Below are positions 18,236-27,373 of a stretch of DNA of 64,000 nt, one piece after another. Both the position numbers and the translations under genes were made by a program. Within the stretch, counting starts at the first letter, position 1. The number at the start of each line of letters is the position of its first letter. Source of the DNA: a virus; the IMG/VR virus record IMGVR_UViG_3300013126_000021, positions 1 through 64,000 of that record; one strand, 5' to 3'. Below the pieces are notes generated by a model. It did not search any database and was not told the DNA's origin. It saw only the letters and a list, made by a program, of their open reading frames with translations.

Positions 18236-18437
18236 CAGTGTTTAGCATACCCTTTGCATGTTCAATTGCCATTTCTTCAGCACGATGTTTATTTCGGTAA
18301 TGATTAGGGCGGCTAGCATCCTCGTCAAATTTATAGCAGGAATCAAAATGCCACACGAACCAATTACGATACCAAATTTCGTATTGCTTCTGATGAGCAT
18401 TATAAATGACTTTGACAGATTTGTAAAGAGGTTTCAT
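18195..18437 (-). CDS. Hypothetical protein
   Basis: Packed ORF. Confidence 0.6.
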   Translation of the reverse strand: MKPLYKSVKVIYNAHQKQYEIWYRNWFVWHFDSCYKFDEDASRPNHYRNKHRAEEMAIEHAKGMLNTVEVWRGSNFNDGV

Positions 18438-18844
18438 TCTCTATCTTCCTCTCTTGTATGCTCATCACATGCAGTATAATACCAACCACGCCCTCGAAAC
18501 TTACCAGGATTGCCACACACCTCACAGGTTACAGCACTCATGGCCTCAGCCATACGTGCCATGCCGTGAATTTGTTCATCGCCGCCATCATAGTAAAATC
18601 GCAAAGTACCATACTTCTCTTTGATTTGAGTAAGTATAAAAGGCACCTTTTCAATGTCATCCTTGCCCTTGTTGATCCAATCTAGATGGCTATTGATGCA
18701 AGCAAAAAGTTGATTGAGAATAGGATGCCACCCCGATCCACATTCAACACCAAACATGGGAAATGGTTCGATGGAAGATGCTTTGCGAGCAAACACAAGA
18801 GGATACTTTTCAACCATTTCTGCTAGAAAATTTTCTTCACTCAT
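18434..18844 (-). CDS. Hypothetical Zn-binding protein
   Basis: ECGSGW, QIKEKYGTLRFY, CEVCG.PG, GW..T.CD.H. Confidence 0.75.
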   Translation of the reverse strand: MSEENFLAEMVEKYPLVFARKASSIEPFPMFGVECGSGWHPILNQLFACINSHLDWINKGKDDIEKVPFILTQIKEKYGTLRFYYDGGDEQIHGMARMAEAMSAVTCEVCGNPGKFRGRGWYYTACDEHTREEDRE

Positions 18845-19320
18845 TCTTCAATTCTTTCTTTATACTCTTTTGTGGGGATGTACGGAAAAGTCACCGGGAC
18901 ACGACTACCTCGGCTAGTAAAATAGCTTTTGTATTTTTCGCCAGTCTCTTCATCCGTGTACCAATCGTAGAAAATAATACCTTCACAATCATATGCCCCA
19001 GTATTATCTTTGAAAACATGCCCACACCGTTTGTTCTGAAATACAGGACCATTATCTCGCCCGGCGTATTCACTTACATCATGCCATTCCCAATCTTCAC
19101 CAGTCAAAGGTGCAATAGGTTCAAACTTCGCCAACTTTTCAAATAGATTGATAGCATATGGTGCAGAAGAACCAGAGTGCCCCTCACCATGAAATACTTC
19201 CAGCAACTTCAGAACATGATTGCAGATCATCTCCTGCATTTCATCATTAAACTTTCCGTTCTCATCAGTCCAACCAGCCGCCCTAAATTCACGCATAGCA
19301 TGATTAATGTAATTATTCAT
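18841..19320 (-). CDS. Hypothetical protein
   Basis: GHSGSSA, PLTGEDWEW, QNKRC..VFKD. Confidence 0.75.
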   Translation of the reverse strand: MNNYINHAMREFRAAGWTDENGKFNDEMQEMICNHVLKLLEVFHGEGHSGSSAPYAINLFEKLAKFEPIAPLTGEDWEWHDVSEYAGRDNGPVFQNKRCGHVFKDNTGAYDCEGIIFYDWYTDEETGEKYKSYFTSRGSRVPVTFPYIPTKEYKERIEE

Positions 19321-19709
19321 TAAAAATATTTCCTTTGAATATATTGTGAAAGAACTTCAGCATCAATCTTAGCATAATCGGCAAACTCTTTCAATATCCG
19401 TTCTTCATCTTTACCAGTAAAGATTGCATTGTGAATTTCTAGATATCCTGCACATTGAGCAGGTACGTATGCTTCAGGACCAAAGCCGAAAACGTCATAC
19501 AGCACATAGCGGTAGGATCCACCTTGCTTGATTTCACCATCGAAGATCCGCCGGGAGATAGCGCAGAATGCCATCAACTGCTGTTCTTTAGTAAGAGAAT
19601 TCCAATATTGTTCTTGGTGTTCTTCTTCGGCTTTCATTGCTTCTTGGAATCGCTCAGAAATTTCAGACAGTTCCTGCAATGCTTTTTCAGTCTTTTCGTC
19701 CATTACCAT
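19320..19709 (-). CDS. Hypothetical protein
   Basis: GSYRYVLYDVFGF; start trimmed to the downstream Met. Confidence 0.65.
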   Translation of the reverse strand: MVMDEKTEKALQELSEISERFQEAMKAEEEHQEQYWNSLTKEQQLMAFCAISRRIFDGEIKQGGSYRYVLYDVFGFGPEAYVPAQCAGYLEIHNAIFTGKDEERILKEFADYAKIDAEVLSQYIQRKYF

Positions 19710-19902
19710 TCCTCTTTCTTTAGCCATTCGTTTGCTTGTTCTTCGGTGTCGAATACATGATCTACTTCTTGATACTGATCGAGACACAGACCACACACGG
19801 TCATGTAACCGATTGCCTTTTCACCTTTTCGACTTGTTTCTTTGACCATTACATCATAAGCGTGGTCAAAGTCAAATACCTCATGCCCGCAAGAAAGTAT
19901 GA

Positions 19903-20166
19903 TCATATCAATCCATACCTATCTTGAATGCGTGATTTGACTAGTTTTACTGCATCTTCGCAACAATCTTGCTCAAGGTAGTGCTGAGAAAGAATTTCAT
20001 CACCACAGACATGAAGAATGTCTTTTAAAAGCATATCAACGAATAGATTAAACTCTTTCGTATAGTCTGCATTCCAATCAATATGCCCAGGACCAGGTCC
20101 CCATTCTTCATCACTCCAAAAACAAAACTCTGCTTGGGTTAGGAGTTCTCGAATTCGTTCGTTCAT
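19903..20166 (-). CDS. Divergent MNERI-family protein
   Basis: MNERIRELL start; degenerate middle and C-terminal blocks. Confidence 0.7.
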   Translation of the reverse strand: MNERIRELLTQAEFCFWSDEEWGPGPGHIDWNADYTKEFNLFVDMLLKDILHVCGDEILSQHYLEQDCCEDAVKLVKSRIQDRYGLI

Positions 20167-20877
20167 TTTCTATACACCAAACTTTTTGTGGGTTGGTTAG
20201 TAACGGGGCAAGTGTAATGCATAACATCTCGCCCTTGCATATCTTCCTCAACATTAAGAAACTCTACCTCGGTGGTAAGATGTTTCTCACCACATTCAGA
20301 ACAAATTACAATATATCGTTCGTTCATCACCAGTTATTCTCATCAGTAATAACTACCGAGAACTCACCTGGAATAGATAGATGGTTAAGATAAAACTTAG
20401 CAGTCAGAATAGTACCAATACCATTACCTCCCTCCTGAATCAATTCTACGCTTGCATGACTCATATCACCATGCAATTTTTCGATGATTTCAAGGATTCG
20501 ATCCAATTCACGACGATTAATTGTAATTCTGTTCATCATAGTCCTTCATGTAGATGCTGCCTGTTTTAGCGTAGAATTCGGCGTATTTCCAACCTCGTTT
20601 GAAACCATGCCAGCGCATTAGGGTTAGCTTCTCACCCTCTTCGGTCATTGGTACAGCATATGCTTCCGAGTCTCGCCATGCATCATGAATTAGTTGTTCT
20701 TGTTCGTTCATTCTCCAACATCCTCATCGGTGTATTCTGCCCATTCTTTGTGAACAGAATGAATAATATATCCGGCATCAATTTGTTCTTTGATGAACTT
20801 TGACGCATCCGAATACTTGGTGAAAATTTTCTGCTGATAAGGCACTTGCCCATACCAAACTCGATACACAAACTTTT

Positions 20878-21135
20878 TCATTCTTCAACACCAAACGATT
20901 GTTTCAATACATCAGGATATTCACTGGCAGGGACTCGACGATCAACACAATCTTGAACAATTGCAGAGCATTTCCTCACAATCAACTCGCCGAACTTTTG
21001 TAAATCAATCGCCGCATACAATTTGTCACCAAGTTGCGGATAAACATTATCTTTCCATTCAACTCTACCCCAATTACCGATTGTTGCAATAGGACCTAAT
21101 TCATTAGCAAGTAGTCTAATCCGTTCGTTCATCAT
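20878..21135 (-). CDS. MNERI-family mini-protein
   Basis: MNERIRLL / QKFGELIVRKC / SFGVEE. Confidence 0.8.
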   Translation of the reverse strand: MMNERIRLLANELGPIATIGNWGRVEWKDNVYPQLGDKLYAAIDLQKFGELIVRKCSAIVQDCVDRRVPASEYPDVLKQSFGVEE

Positions 21136-21323
21136 TCTACTCCAAAATGTTCCTGGATATTCTTTACATATTCATCATTGGGAAATTGCGATGGTGTCCA
21201 TTTAACGACTTCCACGCATTCCCGCACAATCAAATCGGCGAACTTTTCTGAGTCAAACCAAGGAGGACCATATTTGCGTTCTTCCCAGCATTGGGATTCA
21301 AGGTCTTTAATTCGTTCGTTCAT
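21132..21323 (-). CDS. MNERI-family mini-protein
   Basis: MNERIKDL / EKFADLIVREC / HFGVE. Confidence 0.8.
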   Translation of the reverse strand: MNERIKDLESQCWEERKYGPPWFDSEKFADLIVRECVEVVKWTPSQFPNDEYVKNIQEHFGVE

Positions 21324-21549
21324 TTTCTTGGATCCATTTCACCATTGCTAACGATATCAGTATAACATGAATTGGATTTGTTTTGCAAGTATTTTATTGC
21401 CTCTTCCCAACCTTCTTGAAAAGTCTGCCAATGATCTTCTAGACTGTCACTAACATATTCTCCATTAGGTTTGCGGCGTAGACTATGCCCAGATGTTACA
21501 CCAAAGCTGGGATAACAAACTTTTTCAAATGCTTCACGGATAGGATCGA

Positions 21550-21774
21550 TCATTTCCACATATCCTTAGAAAAGATAGGTTGACAATGATCGCCCATTTT
21601 ATTGATATCACAAACCATATCAAGGTCTGATTCAAAGGGATAGTGACGCAGAAGTGCCCTAGCACGATCCCGAACCTCTTTGGGTATTCGCGGAGTCTTA
21701 GACGGAATGGCTAGATCAAACAGGAATTCACGAGTCGAATTAACTGCGCGGAGTCTTTCAAATGGTAGAGTCAT
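21550..21774 (-). CDS. Hypothetical protein
   Basis: MTLP.ER.RAV..TREFL, TPRIPK.VR..A..LLRHYP. Confidence 0.7.
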   Translation of the reverse strand: MTLPFERLRAVNSTREFLFDLAIPSKTPRIPKEVRDRARALLRHYPFESDLDMVCDINKMGDHCQPIFSKDMWK

Positions 21775-22025
21775 TTTGAAAAGTATCCTATAATGTAGAG
21801 TGAAACGATTACCAATTGCACCGTAATCAAAGACATTTTACGCCAAATCACGGCGACTGTCAACCATCCTAGATTACCTAGTATCGAAAAAACAACATTC
21901 AATGGATAATAATTGATGGCTGTAAGCCATACACCTACCAAAAGAATAGCCGTTGAACCCCACTCTAGAATGAATTCTAGTTTTTTCTCGGTAAAAGCCA
22001 CCGGGAGCATTACGCCTGCATCCAT
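21771..22025 (-). CDS. Small multi-TM membrane protein
   Basis: Three hydrophobic helices. Confidence 0.65.
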   Translation of the reverse strand: MDAGVMLPVAFTEKKLEFILEWGSTAILLVGVWLTAINYYPLNVVFSILGNLGWLTVAVIWRKMSLITVQLVIVSLYIIGYFSK

Positions 22026-22327
22026 TTAATATCAGATTTCAAGTGCAAGGATTCTGCACCATCATATTCCTCGATGATAAACTCCTCACCTTCATTCACC
22101 CAATGAATGTACAATCCATCAGCACCGCCACCGTAAAAATCATCACCATATTTCTTTTCGGCATATTGTTCGATATCGTATGGAGCGGCTTCTTTTTCAA
22201 CCATATCCACGATAACAGGATCAAAAAGGCATTGAGTCACACCTTGATTCCAAGTGTACCAACCAGCACCCCAACCACGGGAAACCAAAACGGCGACCTT
22301 ACCATCACGTACAACTTTTTTCATCAT
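22010..22327 (-). CDS. Hypothetical protein
   Basis: GKVAVLVS.GWGAGWYTWN, F.IEEYDG.E. Confidence 0.75.
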   Translation of the reverse strand: MMKKVVRDGKVAVLVSRGWGAGWYTWNQGVTQCLFDPVIVDMVEKEAAPYDIEQYAEKKYGDDFYGGGADGLYIHWVNEGEEFIIEEYDGAESLHLKSDIKWMQA

Positions 22328-22418
22328 ACTCTCCTATTGAGAATAATTCCCTTAATATCCCGCCATATTACTACAATATGGTGCTTAAATTGCTTGAAAT
22401 AATATGCTCTATACGTCA

Positions 22419-22802
22419 TTATGCATCATCATCATTACAGAAATCCGAAAAATCTTTCCATGAACCAAGGAAAATAACCTCTCCGGAATAATTCATCACT
22501 CTTACCTTCTCAGCATATAGGTCATATGTATATTCCTGCCAATGGTCAAAATCCTTGCATGAGACAATATAGAATGAGCCCGGCGTTTTTTTGAAATTGC
22601 ACACAAGTTGCGCGGCAAGGCATCCCATACCGTTTGCAATTCGTTTATTTTCGCCAATTGAAATTCCATTTACAAGTTGCATACCATTTAGGAAATCGGC
22701 CAAGTCTCGCCCAACACCAGACGGATATCCATCATATTGCCCATACAAGGAAAGAATTTTCTCCGATTCATCATATACATTGATAATTGAACGGGTTCCC
22801 AT
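22419..22802 (-). CDS. Hypothetical protein
   Basis: MGTRS, Y.QYDGYP.G.G, NGMGCLAAQLV. Confidence 0.75.
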   Translation of the reverse strand: MGTRSIINVYDESEKILSLYGQYDGYPSGVGRDLADFLNGMQLVNGISIGENKRIANGMGCLAAQLVCNFKKTPGSFYIVSCKDFDHWQEYTYDLYAEKVRVMNYSGEVIFLGSWKDFSDFCNDDDA

Positions 22803-23089
22803 TATTTTATCTCCTTAGAATACAAAAAGCATGAACAAAAACCAAGCAAAAACCACACCAAATAATCCTGGTGCACCATCCAGTTGGAAGGCTTTACTGG
22901 ATAAAATATAAAAGCAAATATAATAAACCACCGGGTAGTATTCACCCATCACAAAATACCGAGGATGGTCAATAATACAAGAGAAAAGAAAAACATATAA
23001 CCTACAATTCCAATCCAATATGCATTGTCGAGGAGGTAAATCATTACTCTGTCAAAAAAATCTTTCATAATGCCACCGGGAGCCTTTTT

Positions 23090-23362
23090 TTAATAGTCAT
23101 CGGAATATGAACCATAATCCTCATCGGTACCCCAGCCAACCGAGGCCAGCGCCGATGCATGGTCTCCATCCATGTTATCATAATCTTCCATGTCACGATA
23201 ACGGATTGCCAATCGAGTCTCGGCATCGGCAATGAGTTCCATGCAGGTGTCGGCTGTATAATACGGAAAAAAGGATCGAATATAATCCACGATGGAGGAA
23301 TAATCCTCATCGAGTTCGAGCATTTCCTCAATGCCAATGCTCAGGTCTTTCATTTTACCCAT
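23090..23362 (-). CDS. Highly acidic small protein
   Basis: D/E-rich; MDGDHASALASVGWGTDEDYG tail. Confidence 0.7.
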   Translation of the reverse strand: MGKMKDLSIGIEEMLELDEDYSSIVDYIRSFFPYYTADTCMELIADAETRLAIRYRDMEDYDNMDGDHASALASVGWGTDEDYGSYSDDY

Positions 23363-23418
23363 GGTTTTTCCTTTTGGTTAGAGTGTAACAGGTTGCAAGA
23401 GGTTGCAAGAGGTTGTGG

Positions 23419-23775
23419 TCAGATACGGAAGAGGTAGGTCGTACCTTCATGGTCTACCTCCGAATAGTCCATGCGCAGGTTCTCGGCCGTGGCTTCCCAG
23501 TCCACGACCACGTAAGAGGGCAGGTCGCGCGGAATCTCGCCGCAGTCTTCCAGGAGTTCCTGGCAGTATTCCGTGAAATCCTCTTCCGGAATCAATTGGA
23601 CGCCATCCTTCCACGTATCCGAAGCATAGCCCTCCACCTCTTCCTTGAGGCTCTCCAGGGACGCCAATTCCTCCATCAGAACCGCCCGTTCGGTGTCGGG
23701 CATTTCCAGGGTCTCCAGGTCATATTGAATCTCATCCATGCGGTCCTGAAGGTCGCGGGTGTCAATGATGTCCAT
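23419..23775 (-). CDS. Acidic ArdA-like (DNA-mimic) antirestriction candidate
   Basis: Very acidic; IPRDLPSYVVVDWEATAENLRMDY resembles the ArdA C-terminal domain; start trimmed to MDIIDTRD behind RBS. Confidence 0.6.
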   Translation of the reverse strand: MDIIDTRDLQDRMDEIQYDLETLEMPDTERAVLMEELASLESLKEEVEGYASDTWKDGVQLIPEEDFTEYCQELLEDCGEIPRDLPSYVVVDWEATAENLRMDYSEVDHEGTTYLFRI

Positions 23776-23815
23776 GCTTTTCTTTCCTTGTCTTAAAATT
23801 GATTCGATGGAATGA

Positions 23816-23873
23816 ATTCTACAGGTACCAGCGCCCAAGGCAACCAACCCTGGAGTGTTGCATCGGTACAACA
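23816..23873 (-). promoter_or_regulatory. Island promoter/operator cassette 1
   Basis: TTGCCT-N16-TAGAAT plus TGTTG-N8-CAACA. Confidence 0.85.
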
Positions 23874-24043
23874 AACCGATCCAATGCTCCAGGACCAACG
23901 GATCGATCCGCCCATAGTGGGACCTTCCTCGATTCCTCCAGGCGCTTGGAGGCGCTCCTATCGGCTCGATTGTCTCGGTGCTGGTTGGTGGCTCTCACGG
24001 TGGAGCCTCTTATATAGTCTTATTCTATAAAAAAGGAACGATG

Positions 24044-24075
24044 ATAGCCTCCGCCTATCGATAGGCGGAGGCTAT
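24044..24075. repeat. Perfect 32-bp palindrome
   Basis: atagcctccgcctatcgataggcggaggctat equals its own reverse complement. Confidence 0.95.
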
Positions 24076-24232
24076 GAGCAGGATTTCCTGATTGATTTAG
24101 ACTATTAACGGAACCGGTGTTTTTTCTTGGAGACAACCCGAAGCCCCTCGGTGTACAGGTAGAATTCTACCAATTCGGTACCTGTACCTGCTTCCCTTTT
24201 AAGGTATGCGATCATATAATCCCAGCCCATTA

Positions 24233-24424
24233 TTATTCCTTTATAAGATAAGAGCGGAAAGAATCCAAGAGGGCTTGGTACTCCAATGCCATCTCGGTAG
24301 AATCCACCACGTTATTATATTCCCGAGCGGCGACATATGCTTGGTTAAACCAATTTATATCGCCATGCTTTTCTACATAATCGATGGCTTCACGCAGGAA
24401 AACCATTGGGCTTTTATTCAACAT
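24233..24424 (-). CDS. Hypothetical protein
   Basis: MLNKSP start after GGAGG. Confidence 0.6.
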   Translation of the reverse strand: MLNKSPMVFLREAIDYVEKHGDINWFNQAYVAAREYNNVVDSTEMALEYQALLDSFRSYLIKE

Positions 24425-24435
24425 AATACCTCCTA

Positions 24436-25263
24436 TCAACCGACGATGGTGTATTCCGCAAGGTCTTTCCACTTTGCACCTGCGGACTTGCGGATTTTCG
24501 TAACCTGAATGAGAGTCCGAAGGGACAATTCCTTCACCTGATCCATGAGGGACTCAATCAACCCAAGGGCATCGACCTTGTGGGCTCTGTCATATTCGGG
24601 CATGAAGCCCTTTTGATCGAGCAGGTACCGCATGCGGTCGATTTTCTGAGCATTGGACATGGTGAGGTCAACCGCCATGGATCGGGTGATGATAGCCTGA
24701 TCGATTGCTTCGGCTGGCAGGTTGGAGATAAAAACCACGCGCCCCTTGAATTCAAAGGACTGCGGAAGGTCGTCATCACGGAGATCCGCGCGCCATGAGA
24801 TAACACGGCGCGCATAGGAGTCCAATGCACCTTTGAGCAGGTTCAACGACACCGGATCCTTGAGGACTGAATCGCAATCATCGAACACGACCACGCCGTC
24901 CTTGTTTTCGTAGAGGGTGCGGTACAGCCCTTTGGGTGTAGAATAACCCTTGATGACTCGAAAGGACTTGCCCGTGTTAAGTTTGGAACCAACCTCGAAT
25001 TCATCCAGGAGCGTAACGTCGACCATGCCAGCCGCATTCAGGGCTTCGGACACGGTGTAGGACTTACCAAGCCCGCCAGGGCCGGACACGACCACGGACG
25101 CTTGGTCGCCTTTGGCCAACATGGTAACCATGTCGCCAAGGAAACCGAACCGTTGGTTGATCGAGAACCGCGATTCTACGGCCTTTTGGGTAAGGGCTTC
25201 GACCGCGGTGGTCAGGCGGGACTTGGTACGACGGAAACCTGCTTTTGGTACGCCACGGGGCAT
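24436..25263 (-). CDS. P-loop (AAA-like) ATPase
   Basis: GPGGLGKS Walker A, VVVFDDCD Walker B, FEFKGRVVFISN. Confidence 0.85.
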   Translation of the reverse strand: MPRGVPKAGFRRTKSRLTTAVEALTQKAVESRFSINQRFGFLGDMVTMLAKGDQASVVVSGPGGLGKSYTVSEALNAAGMVDVTLLDEFEVGSKLNTGKSFRVIKGYSTPKGLYRTLYENKDGVVVFDDCDSVLKDPVSLNLLKGALDSYARRVISWRADLRDDDLPQSFEFKGRVVFISNLPAEAIDQAIITRSMAVDLTMSNAQKIDRMRYLLDQKGFMPEYDRAHKVDALGLIESLMDQVKELSLRTLIQVTKIRKSAGAKWKDLAEYTIVG

Positions 25264-25339
25264 AGTCTAAACTCCTGTTGTTTTGTCTTGGTGTTGCGTT
25301 GGTGTTGCGTTGGTGTTGTTTAATCAATCGATGGAGAGA

Positions 25340-25398
25340 ATTCTACAGGAACCAGACGGTGTGGCAACCATGCTCCGGAGTGTTGTACCTATACAACA
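25340..25398 (-). promoter_or_regulatory. Island promoter/operator cassette 2
   Basis: TTGCCA-N16-TAGAAT plus dyad at 25381-25398. Confidence 0.85.
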
Positions 25399-25680
25399 TC
25401 AGTTGAAGTGCTCATAACGCCGGATGGGGCTGTCCTTGTGAGGGGAGTTCCTATGCTCAATTTCCACAATATAACCCGCACCTTTCACGGCTTCAAGGAA
25501 TCGAGGTGCATCATAATCCTCCTCCAGATAAACCGTTTTACCATTCATGTAGGAATAACCTGTAACAGGTTCTGACACCATATATTGGTCGACCAATACT
25601 CTTTTCACGGCCAACCAGCCATGCCCCGGATCGGTGTAGAATTTCAATTTCAAGGTTTTGGTTTTCATGTTAGCGGTCAC
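25399..25680 (-). CDS. Hypothetical protein
   Basis: TDPGHGWL, YSY, VYLEED.D blocks. Confidence 0.75.
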   Translation of the reverse strand: MTANMKTKTLKLKFYTDPGHGWLAVKRVLVDQYMVSEPVTGYSYMNGKTVYLEEDYDAPRFLEAVKGAGYIVEIEHRNSPHKDSPIRRYEHFN

Positions 25681-25884
25681 TTACTGGAGCGATACGGTGG
25701 GAATATCAACCACGGCAAAACCGAGGTCCGTATATTCCTGGATAAGGAGGTCGATCTCCATTAAATTTAGGAGTTCCTGCGCATATGCGATATCATCATC
25801 GGTGGCCTGATTGAACCAAGCCATCAGAACGGATTCTGATGCATTCAGGAGAAAATTCAGATTGGAACGGTCGTCGGTGTTCAT
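25681..25884 (-). CDS. Hypothetical protein
   Basis: MN.DDR.NL.FLLNAS...DDIAYA.ELL after AAAGG RBS. Confidence 0.65.
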   Translation of the reverse strand: MNTDDRSNLNFLLNASESVLMAWFNQATDDDIAYAQELLNLMEIDLLIQEYTDLGFAVVDIPTVSLQ

Positions 25885-26011
25885 TGTGTTTCCTTTCCAG
25901 GGTGTTTTGGTTTGCGTGAATACTTGGTTCGAATCGTATGCCGCTCCATCGGCTTGATGGGTGTACGGCATACGGGCTTGGGTACGGGTACGACAATCGG
26001 TTGGAGAACCT

Positions 26012-26212
26012 TCATTTCCTTACCTTTCCAATAGATTCAGCAATCCGCCGTTTGAGTTCCTGAATGTATTCATTATGCCAACCGAGTTCGAATTGAGGAT
26101 GATCCTTGGAAAAGGTCGTGGCACGCACCAATTCATTCTGTAGCATCCGAAGGGTCTTACCTTCGAAGTGCTTTGGATCCGTCGGGGACCATTTCCTGGG
26201 CTTGCTCATCAT
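26012..26212 (-). CDS. Hypothetical protein
   Basis: GGAG RBS behind cassette promoter. Confidence 0.6.
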   Translation of the reverse strand: MMSKPRKWSPTDPKHFEGKTLRMLQNELVRATTFSKDHPQFELGWHNEYIQELKRRIAESIGKVRK

Positions 26213-26239
26213 ATACTCCAAAATTCAATCAATGGTTGG

Positions 26240-26299
26240 ATGATACAGGTACCAGACAGAATGGCAACCACCGGGCTGATCTGTTGCAGGAAAACAACT
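26240..26299 (-). promoter_or_regulatory. Island promoter/operator cassette 3
   Basis: TTGCCA-N16-TATCAT plus tgttgcaggaaaacaact. Confidence 0.75.
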
Positions 26300-26482
26300 T
26301 CATTCCTCAGGTGCGCATTCGACATGATACGGTGCACCGGTACTCCAATCGGAGATCCATACTGTATCATCCTCGGGCACCCATTGGGTACAATGAGCGC
26401 ACCTATATTCCGTTCGGTGCACTCGCCCCGAAAAGGTATCAAGGAAGGACCGAGAATTTCCAGTTTGTTCAATTTGAACCAT
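26300..26482 (-). CDS. Small Zn-finger protein
   Basis: CAHC...HVEC; AAGGA RBS. Confidence 0.6.
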   Translation of the reverse strand: MVQIEQTGNSRSFLDTFSGRVHRTEYRCAHCTQWVPEDDTVWISDWSTGAPYHVECAPEE

Positions 26483-26510
26483 TTTATTTCCTTATTTCAT
26501 TAAGCCGCGA

Positions 26511-27266
26511 TTAAGCCGCTTTTAACATGATGGAGGGATACTTTACAAAGCCCGAGGTGTCCTTTTTGGCCTTGCCCTTTGCATAGAGCCCGACAACCAC
26601 GCCTTTTGGATCGAGAAACCTAAGATCCGAATCGTCGCCATTGAATACTGCCCGCCCAGCATACGCCACCGGGAGGTCCTGGGATTTAGGTACACCGAAA
26701 ACCACGGCTACATTCATACCAGCATCCATGGCGCGAATTGCATCCGAATCATTGCCATCAGCGGCTGAAAAGGTCAGGTGGTAGTTGGAAATACCGACCA
26801 CCTTACGCCCGAGGATTTTACTATAATCATAAAACTGGACATCAGAGAATGCAAGGAAGATATTAGCATACTCAATACCACCACGCACCACCGGGTACTT
26901 TTCCCATGCAATGTCAGAGGTGCCATTCAGGCGAAAAACGGGGACCAATCCAAGCTTGGTGGATTGACGGATGGCCTTTTCAATATCAGCCACCAACCGA
27001 CTCATGAAGGTAGTACGATCCTCGAAAAACAACCGGGTCTTACGCTTGCGCGCCTCTTGGATGACATTGGTTGATTCACCTTTGCGGAACATGCCACCGC
27101 GCCCAGCCGTGTTAAGACAAGCCGCCGAGCAACCAGCCGTACGCTTGGGGCAAGTCTCATAACCCGAAAGGTCAGCGGGCGCAAGGTGTAGCAGGTACGT
27201 CATGTACCCCTGGTCCATACCTTTGAGGGTTTTCGGATTGCCAACGGTCAATAGTTGAAAGGTCAT
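26511..27266 (-). CDS. Gp88-family (radical-SAM-like) Cys-rich protein
   Basis: CP..T.GC.AACL..AGRG, RLNGTSD, FYDYSK, NYHLTFS, GD.SDLRFLDP, GL.AKGKA. Confidence 0.8.
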   Translation of the reverse strand: MTFQLLTVGNPKTLKGMDQGYMTYLLHLAPADLSGYETCPKRTAGCSAACLNTAGRGGMFRKGESTNVIQEARKRKTRLFFEDRTTFMSRLVADIEKAIRQSTKLGLVPVFRLNGTSDIAWEKYPVVRGGIEYANIFLAFSDVQFYDYSKILGRKVVGISNYHLTFSAADGNDSDAIRAMDAGMNVAVVFGVPKSQDLPVAYAGRAVFNGDDSDLRFLDPKGVVVGLYAKGKAKKDTSGFVKYPSIMLKAA

Positions 27267-27314
27267 CAGAGGTCCTTGGTTGCTTTGTTGGTTGCTTCGT
27301 TCATCATGTAATGG

Positions 27315-27373
27315 ATTCTACAGGTACCAGAACCGATGGCAATGATGTGGAGGAGTGTAGTGAGAAAACAACA
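27315..27373 (-). promoter_or_regulatory. Island promoter/operator cassette 4
   Basis: TTGCCA-N16-TAGAAT plus tgtag-N8-caaca. Confidence 0.85.

Larger units (their letters stand above)
15408..23362 (-). other. Hyperplastic array of ~30 short, tightly overlapping hypothetical ORFs
   Basis: Continuous ATGA/TAATG junctions, 50-160 aa ORFs, no core genes. Confidence 0.8.

Noticed and set aside
16314-21323. Diversity-generating retroelement behind the MNERI family
   Set aside because: No reverse transcriptase in the window, and variation involves length changes rather than adenine-specific substitutions.
23391-23415. Tandem ggttgcaaga repeat
   Set aside because: Only ~2.5 copies of 10 bp; consistent with slippage.
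26209-26472. 87-aa ORF from the track
   Set aside because: It runs through promoter cassette 3; the overlapping 26300..26482 ORF has a better RBS and a Zn-finger motif.
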